Assembly: GCA_025558095.1 (NCBI GenBank)
Contig: JAIVFI010000008.1
Span: 186,001-250,000, forward strand
DNA: 64,000 bases
Source: Hyaloraphidium curvatum SAG 235-1
Taxonomy: Eukaryota > Fungi > Monoblepharomycota
Reading direction: 5' to 3'
The position numbers and the translations under genes are program-made. Of the stretch, positions 56,949 through 64,000 are shown in pieces. The notes beneath the pieces are model-generated. The model was not told the DNA's origin. It saw only the letters and a list, made by a program, of their open reading frames with translations, and made no database searches. The first letter of the stretch is position 1; every line of letters starts with the position of its first letter.

Positions 56949-58915
56949 CTAAGCCATGATGCCCTGCGGCGCCCCATCTCGAGCCACCAATTCCTCCACC
57001 ACCCGTGTAAAGTCTCCCCCGCACCGCTGAAGAACCTCTGCATTCAGGCGCGAGTCGGAAAAGCCCATGTCGACGAGGATTTGGTGGGCTTGCTCGAGAG
57101 ACATGGCGCTTGCAGGCATCGGCGCTCGTGCAACGGGCTGCGAGGTGTGCGAAGGCTGCTGCGAAGCAGATCGGGGCGGTGGCGGCATAGTCTGCGACTG
57201 CGATGCCTGCTGCTGCGCTGAAGCCGAGGCCGAAGGTCCAGCGGCCGGTGCAAGAGCGCGCTTGAACAGGTTGGACAGCTTGGCGGGCTCCTTCTTGGGA
57301 GCCGGAACAGGCTGCTGCTGCTGCTGGGCAGCCGGAAGCTGCTGCCTGTTTGAAGGGCTGGCCACCTCCTGTGCGCGCTCTCGCTGGATCTGCTCGAGGC
57401 GAATCATCTGGAGGATGCGGTCCTGCTCCTCCGCCATTTGGCGGCGCTGCTCCTCCGAGAGAGTTGCCAGAAGGTCGTCGTCGACGGCCACTTCGGGCTC
57501 AACCACGCGGTCGCGAGGAGCAGGAACGGCCGGCGCGGCCAGCGGTGACGATGATTCCGAACTCTGGTGAGAAGGCGTGGGGACAGGTGAGGCAGCCCCG
57601 GACTTGGAGTCCCTCGTGTCAGCCACCAGCGCCGACGTAGTAGCCATAGGAGGAGCGGGTCCGTCGCCGAGAGCTGCCGCAACAGCAATGGCGTCGTTGC
57701 GCTCCCGCACCAGCTTCTTGATGGCCTCTTTGGCCGAGGCAGGTTCCTCCAGAAGAAGATCAAAGATGCCTTCGACCACGTGCTCCTCTGCGACAGGGCT
57801 CATGACTGCACGCCCGGTGCCGTTGCGGTGCACGGTGATGAAGTTGCTCGTTTCATGAACCAGCCTGAGGAGAGCATCCGCGATGTCTGCGTCGCACTTC
57901 TCCGTGATCATCTCGACGCAGAATCCCAGTTCGGCGACAATGGGACCCAGGGAGCGTCCGAAAGGTCCTTTGGGATCCGAGTTTGCAAGGCTTTGAAGGG
58001 TGCGGTAGTGGCCGACCAGGCCGCGGTTGGCGGTTTCGAGGCGGCTGGCGATGGTGTTCCCCGAAGCCGAGCGCGAATGAGCAGTAGTGGAGTAGGGAGA
58101 AGCCTGCGTCGAGCCAGCGGGCACAGGTGCGGGGGGAGTTGCCGTGCCCTTCGGGTCCGAGCCCTCGCTCCCGAGCCGGTGCTTGCGAGGGGGAAGGAGC
58201 ACCTCGACCTCGACGTCGGCGGTCACAACCTCCTTCCCCTTGCTCTTGGCCTGGGTGGCCTCGGGGTCCGACACCTTGCTGCGGACGCTGAGGGCGGAGG
58301 AAGCGACCGGACTCGGCGGCACGGTGTCGATGGCCGGCACGCGAGGGTAGCTCGACCTCTTGGCGGGGTCTTCGGTCGAGGGATTGGCCGACATCGTGTG
58401 CCCACGCGGAGGAATCGAAGGCGACTGTTCGTCCTCGCTCAGCCAATCGTCGTCGTCGTCGAGCGGGTCCCCAGCGTCGGCGACCATGGGAGGCGTCGAG
58501 CCCGGCTGAGGCGCCGTCACATCCCCGACCGGCACTTCAGAAGGCAGTTCAGGATGCTGAAGCACGATAGCGTCCACGCCGGCCAGGCCCGACTTTTCGG
58601 CAACGAGCTCGAAGCAGACGGCCCTGTTCTGGCGCTGCAGGTAGCCGACCAGGTAGGAAAGCTCGTCCTGGTTGGTTATCTCGACCTTGTTTCCGTCGCT
58701 GTCGAGCAGCAGGAAGATGGAAACTTGCGACGCGCTCTCGACGCCCAGAAGGTGGAGCGCCTGGAGGGCGGGACGACATGTCGGTGCGACGTTGCTGGTG
58801 CGACTGGTGCACCGCTTACCTCCACGACGATGGCCTCGAGATCCAGGTCGGATACAGCGAGGGGCGTAAAGTCGGCCTCGCTGCCACGCAGGCGGACGAA
58901 GACGGCCCCAGACAT
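56949..58915 (-). CDS. Protein with a PB1-like N-terminus and C-terminal UBA domain (p62/NBR1-like layout)
   Basis: N-terminal exons give ...LLDSDGNKVEITNQDEL (OPCA-like); C-terminal QILVDMGFSDSRLNAEVLQRCGGDFTRVVEELV (UBA MGF motif). Confidence 0.72.
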
Positions 58916-59334
58916 GTTGGTCGCTGGGGAAGGCGCGTCAAGGACGCCCTGAAATCTCGCGCGCGCAACGCGGATCTCACCCCGGAAGAAGCAGCAAGCC
59001 CAGCGCTACGGTGCGGAAGAGACGATTGGCGACGAGATTCGTGTTGGAGCGGGCCCAGCAAAGCGTCGCATCCGTTTTGGAGGCGTGCTGGGTTGGGGGG
59101 CGGTGCGTGCTGAGCCGAGTCTACCCCGCGCGCGGAGAAATCCCCGACGACAACCCAAGCAGGTCAAAAGCAAGGTAGCAGCAGTACGAGTTGTATCACG
59201 GGAGATTCGAGGATTACATGTCGTCAAGTGACGTTCTACACGGTGCTAGCCACCTTTCCGATCCATCCATGATCAAAGTCCGCCAGGTCCAGCTCGGAGT
59301 TCATCCATGTCCGCAACGGCGCCTCTATAGTCCA

Positions 59335-59808
59335 TCAAGCTTGCCCCTCGGCCTCCTTCTGCACCTCGGCGGCGACCTTCTGAAATTCAGGAAGGCACTT
59401 ATCGAAGGCCTCGAGGCACATCGACTTCAGCGCCAAAGAGTACGCAAAGGAGAGGAAGCCGTTGCACTTGACGCCCATCTTCAGCTGGAAAGATGGCTTT
59501 CCTTCGGCAGAAGTGGTCTCGTTCTCCAATTGCCAGAACCAATCGAGGGCAGCACCAGGAAAGATGGTCCTGTATGCTACGTATTCCGAGTGGCGAACGT
59601 CGACGAACTCCATCGGGAATGTACGCCCGTTCTTCATCGATACTTCGCCCTTGGTGCCCTTGGCGGGCACTGTGGAGCCGTCCGTGATCGTCGCGGACAC
59701 AAGGTCCACGTCCCAGCGCGGCCAGCGAGGCACATCGTTCAGGATCTTCTCAAAGGCAAGCTTCCGGGAAGTCGGAATCGTGGCGACGCGGAAGGCCTCC
59801 CACCCCAT
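59335..59808 (-). CDS. SRPBCC/START-like (polyketide cyclase 2) domain protein
   Basis: DVPRWPRWD, GTKG, beta-strand pattern and long C-terminal helix; about 157 aa. Confidence 0.72.
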   Translation of the reverse strand: MGWEAFRVATIPTSRKLAFEKILNDVPRWPRWDVDLVSATITDGSTVPAKGTKGEVSMKNGRTFPMEFVDVRHSEYVAYRTIFPGAALDWFWQLENETTSAEGKPSFQLKMGVKCNGFLSFAYSLALKSMCLEAFDKCLPEFQKVAAEVQKEAEGQA

Positions 59809-60176
59809 GTCGACAAAGGCGAGGAGGAGGAGCGCGGAGCAGGCGAGGAGCGAGAGACGGAAAGCGTTCGTAATTGTGGGCAACTGTGGGCGGCCGGAGC
59901 CAAGCGCGAAGAAGACTGTCGCCGGAGAATGATAGGGTGGTCCAGGTTGCGTTGGCCTCCGCTCTTTATGCGATCCGAGGGGCGGCAAAACGGTCGGGTC
60001 GGAAGTGCGGAAGTGGGTTCAAGCGTGAGGCGCAGCACAACCATCCTCGATCGGTGGACATTGTCGGCTTCATCAATTGATATCATCATTTACAATGCTT
60101 CTTCTCGTACCCAGGAATGATAGACTATGTCAAGAGCTCAGTAACAGAGTTCAAACAACCCGTCCGAAGATCCGAT

Positions 60177-61487
60177 TCAAGAGCGCGGTGCCGCGAGGCT
60201 GTCGCGTCGTGGGCCGTAGCGCAGGCGGTTCAACAGTCGCGAAAGGACGGATGGCCGCTGTTCCTGTGTGTTTGTCGTCTCGTTCGTGCGGCGGCTGAAG
60301 AACCAAGTCCACAGCCCCCAACCCTTGGCTTCCGGGGTATGATCGACGGTCAAGAGCACATCCTCGGCCACCTCGATCAACCCTTCTTCAATCGTAACGG
60401 GTTGCTCGGTCTCCCCGAAAGCTTCCTCGGAGACAGCGCGGCCTTCAAAGATGCCCAGCCCGGATGCAATGAACCTCATTTTGCTCGGGTCGTAGTCATC
60501 CTCGTTCTCTGGCACGATCGGTTCCGTCGCTTCAGGCTCCAAGCTCCTGCGCATCTTTCGCAAGTGCCCATCGGACCGCCGCGTGACCCAATGGGTGCCG
60601 GAGGGGATCGATCGCGCAGCTTGCTCCCTTTTGATTTCCACGACTTTCCGCGAGAACTCCGGAGAGACAGCAGCGGAATTCCTTGGAGACACGAGGCGTT
60701 TGCGCCTTGTAACAAAGACATGAGATGCCGGTCGATGGGAAGAGCGCTTCGAGGCGAAAGGCGGCTGCTCATTGGGCGGCTCGTCCGCAAATCCGAGGTG
60801 AAGAGACGAAAAGGAGCGCATCCAGAGCACGGGGGGCGTGCCCGAAACAAATGTGTCCGTGCGGCTCCGGGTACGCTTTGCCGGGACGACTTGCACGCTC
60901 TCTGGCAGCTCACCCAGCACAGAGAAGCTGGCCAGATCCCCCACGGTCATGGCGCGTGCGGGCAAACAGGCAGCATGGTCATCGCCAGCGAGATAAACGT
61001 CCGCAACTGCCTCGGCAGACTGAGTTCTCATCATGTGGATTGCCGCCGCCCTCTTGAACCAGAGTGCGCGCTTCCGCTTTCGTTCAGCGCTCTGTTTGGC
61101 GAAACTTTCCTCCACGATGGCAGGTGCAAATGCTCCAGCAAATGTGTGGAGCCACATCGAAGACGATACCGTGGAGTCCGGTTCGGTGTCCTCGATGGGA
61201 GACGCGGGAGCAGATTCGGAGATGACCAGGGCCAGCGGAAGAGGAGACTCTGTCCGGGAACTGGCTGCTCCTTCGACCTGTGACATTCCACCTGAAACCG
61301 AAAGGTTCTCTTCGCTCAGGAGAGCGCTGATGCTGGGCTTGTCGTAGACGCCGCTCGAAGACAGCTGCCGCAGCGTCGCGTCTGAAGCCATGCGCAGCGA
61401 CTCAAAGTGCTGGATGAGGGGCTTGACGCGGCCTGAGCACTCTTTGCCGGCATTTTGCACTTCCATCGCAGGGGCAGAAACCTCCAT
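60177..61487 (-). CDS. Hypothetical Ser-rich protein
   Basis: Long ORF with balanced composition between two recognised genes; no domain recognised. Confidence 0.55.
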   Translation of the reverse strand: MEVSAPAMEVQNAGKECSGRVKPLIQHFESLRMASDATLRQLSSSGVYDKPSISALLSEENLSVSGGMSQVEGAASSRTESPLPLALVISESAPASPIEDTEPDSTVSSSMWLHTFAGAFAPAIVEESFAKQSAERKRKRALWFKRAAAIHMMRTQSAEAVADVYLAGDDHAACLPARAMTVGDLASFSVLGELPESVQVVPAKRTRSRTDTFVSGTPPVLWMRSFSSLHLGFADEPPNEQPPFASKRSSHRPASHVFVTRRKRLVSPRNSAAVSPEFSRKVVEIKREQAARSIPSGTHWVTRRSDGHLRKMRRSLEPEATEPIVPENEDDYDPSKMRFIASGLGIFEGRAVSEEAFGETEQPVTIEEGLIEVAEDVLLTVDHTPEAKGWGLWTWFFSRRTNETTNTQEQRPSVLSRLLNRLRYGPRRDSLAAPRS

Positions 61488-61848
61488 CGCGGCTGTTTGG
61501 ACCGAAATCTTGTGCAGGATGCTTCCGCGAAGGCCAAACAAACAAGGGGCAAGCGTCCGAGTCCTTCGCCGCTTCAAAGGGCACGGAGCAACAAGCGGGA
61601 GTTCAATACATGTCCTTCGAGATTGGCTGGCAGCTGGATGGCCCTACAGGGCTGCACTCCGTGCCAGATTCGGGAGTTGTTTGTCGAGGCGCTCCCAGGT
61701 GAGGCGCTTAGAGGTTTTGGTACGTCAAAAATCTTTAAGACCAAGGGTTGGGGCATCATCGTGCGCGCTTGACCCGGAATCCGCCGAGTCGGCCCGACAT
61801 CCATTTTCCCCCGACAGCTCTCCCCCCGTTCGCCATAGCTACCGCACG

Positions 61849-62978
61849 ATGAGCTTCCTGAGCATCGACGTGCCGGCAAAGATCGCCGACTGGCCCTTTG
61901 GCCGGCACTACGACCTCTTCATGGACCCCAAGGTCCCAATCCTGACGGGCGCCGTCTACTTCGTGACGGTGCACTACATAAACCACATCGAGGGGCGGAA
62001 AGCGGTGTTCAACGGTCCCATCTTCAAGGCTCTCGTCGTTCTCCACAGTGCGTACAGATTCCTGCCGGGCTGCCCCGCCTCGGCACCATCTCCGACCGGG
62101 CCCGTGCGCTGATCCTGCCTCCCACCGTCCTCTCCGAACTCCAGACGTCTTCCTCGCCGTCTTCTCGGCCCTGACGTTCCTCAACGCTGCGCCCCACGTC
62201 TTCAACTTCTTCTACCAGGGCGGATTCAGCAAGGCCGCGGTAAGCTCGGCCCGAGGTGCCGAAAGGTGCCGTTGCTGACCCGTGTCGTGTGATCCAGTAC
62301 TGCGATGCCAAGTCGGAGCTTTGGAATCCTTTCCTGCACTACTGGTCGTGGCTGTTCTACCTTTCGAAGTACTACGAGATCCTGGACACCGTGATCATTC
62401 TTCTGCAAGGTCGGCTTGTCACGTTTGGCACTTCGCTGTAGCAACCGCTCACTGCCTGTCCTTCAACCGCGATTTCCAGGCAAGAAGACCTCGCTCCTGC
62501 AGTCCTTCCACCACGCCGGTGCCATTCTCTCCATGTTCTGGTGCACCGCGTCCCAGACGACGGCCGTGTGGATCTTTGTCTGCTTCAACTCCTTCATCCA
62601 CACCAGTGAGTTCGTCTTTGAAGCTTTGTGGCGCCGCGCTGACCGCTTCTTCCAGTCATGTACACCTACTACACCGCCTCGACCTTCGGCTTCCGCTTCC
62701 CCTTCAAGTCCCTGATCACCTACTCGCAGATCACCCAGTTCCTGGTCGGCGACCCGCTGGCCATCTCGTACCTCCTCATCCCCGGCTGCATCAAGCACGA
62801 CAGCCCCGACCTCCCGTGGTACCGGAACGAGCGGTGGTCTGACACCTACACCATCGTCTACGTGGCCGCCCTCGTCGTGCTCTTTGCCGACTTCGCAAAG
62901 AAGTCGTACTCGAAGAAGGGCGCGAAAGCAAACGGCGCCAACGGCCATGCCAACGGGGCCGCGCTCAAGAAGGAGTGA
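61849..62978 (+). CDS. Fatty acid elongase (ELO/GNS1-SUR4 family), multi-exon
   Basis: FYLSKYYEILDT; LQSFHHAG; NSFIH..MYTYY; TYSQITQF; Lys-rich C-terminus ending LKKE. Confidence 0.93.
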
Positions 62979-63149
62979 TCTGGGCTGCACACTGTAGGGA
63001 CCCGGATTGTTCGGATCGATGGACTCCGCCACGTGGAAGGAAGGGAGGAGAAAGATAAAGATGTTGTTTGACGGGCTGCAGCGCGCCAGCACGTGTTCAA
63101 CGAGTCAATTTCACAATCTAGACATCGTACAATGTGGAGTTCGTGGCCA

Positions 63150-64000
63150 TCACGCCGGTCCGCCGGTCGCCCCGTCGATCCTTTTGTTCGGCGGCAGACG
63201 CTTGAGCTTGTGCACATAGAACGATCCTCCGGCAGCTTTAGCCTGCTCGCTGCTGTTGGAAGACGACGACTGGTTCGTCAGGGGCGGTGTGTTTGGAGTA
63301 GCGGCGGGGTTGAGGATGGAGTCGGCGGTGGGGATCGACGAGGCCGACACAAGCGAATGGTCGTGCAGCGCCGTGAGGGCCGCAAGCGCAGTTGCTTCGT
63401 CCAAGCTGATGCGCGGGATCTGGATCGGCGGGGGCACCGCCTTCTCCGTGGCCACCGGCGCCTCATCTCCTGCACCCGTCGCCAAAGCCTGCGCACGGCC
63501 AGCCGGCGCTTCGCTCTGCGTCGGCACGGCCGCCATGTGAACGTCGCCAACGCCGACATGGTCCACCTCGGCCTTCATGGCGACGTCGGGGATGTTGATC
63601 CTGCTCACGGCCGACGCGCTGAGCACCGCACTGGAAGCTGATTCCGGCTGCGGGTCCACGTCCATGTCCTGAGGGCCCGAAGCCTGCGCCGACGGCGCCG
63701 CGATCGCCTCGAGGATGGAGGCGACGCTCACAGAGGCCACGGTCTCGACCGCCGAGGCAGGTTGGGCGTGCTCTGGCAACGGAGGGACCTGCTGCATCGC
63801 AGTACCCTGGTCCTGCTCCGCTGCCGAAGCAGCGCCTGGCGAAATGAGTCCGTCCGCGGCCGCACCGTCGCCGCCGTCCGCGTCGGCCCCGGCGCCAACC
63901 CGCTGGTACCCGCTGATTCCCAGAATCCCGGTTTTCTTCTTCTTGGGCTTCATGCGCGAAGGGTCCGGCAGCGGCAGATCGGCGACCTTGACCGGAGGAG
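63150..64000 (-). CDS. 3' part of an unknown protein; gene starts beyond the window
   Basis: Frame open to the window edge; basic KPKKKK segment followed by an Ala-rich low-complexity region. Confidence 0.55.
   Translation of the reverse strand, partial: PPVKVADLPLPDPSRMKPKKKKTGILGISGYQRVGAGADADGGDGAAADGLISPGAASAAEQDQGTAMQQVPPLPEHAQPASAVETVASVSVASILEAIAAPSAQASGPQDMDVDPQPESASSAVLSASAVSRINIPDVAMKAEVDHVGVGDVHMAAVPTQSEAPAGRAQALATGAGDEAPVATEKAVPPPIQIPRISLDEATALAALTALHDHSLVSASSIPTADSILNPAATPNTPPLTNQSSSSNSSEQAKAAGGSFYVHKLKRLPPNKRIDGATGGPA

Overview
GC-rich, gene-dense eukaryotic DNA with short GT-AG introns carrying CTRAC/CTRAY-type branch points. The gene content (Zn2Cys6 factor, Crh-type GH16, ERD2, ELO, Hva1-Tudor, TALE homeobox) indicates a fungus, probably an early-diverging chytrid/monoblepharid-like lineage; this is inference and was not verified. 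About 33 protein genes or gene fragments can be reconstructed by splicing, and most long ORFs in the supplied track are GC shadow frames. No rRNA, tRNA, CRISPR array or transposase was recognised. Points of most interest: (1) a bacterial-looking patch at 29.1-31.4 kb, with an actinobacterial-type agmatine deiminase whose single intron sits just before the catalytic Cys, next to a degenerate bacterial-type nucleotidyltransferase; (2) a GH16 enzyme ending in a Cys/Trp-rich module absent from the ORF track; (3) a Nudix plus eIF2B/isomerase fusion; (4) a plant/protist-type (clade X) phosphofructokinase; (5) a duplicated transcription-factor-like pair, one copy frameshifted, enclosing a lipase and an orphan USP His-box fragment; (6) a PB1-like/UBA p62-like protein; (7) an RS2Z-like SR protein. 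Exon boundaries were read by eye and family calls come from motif recognition, not database searches.
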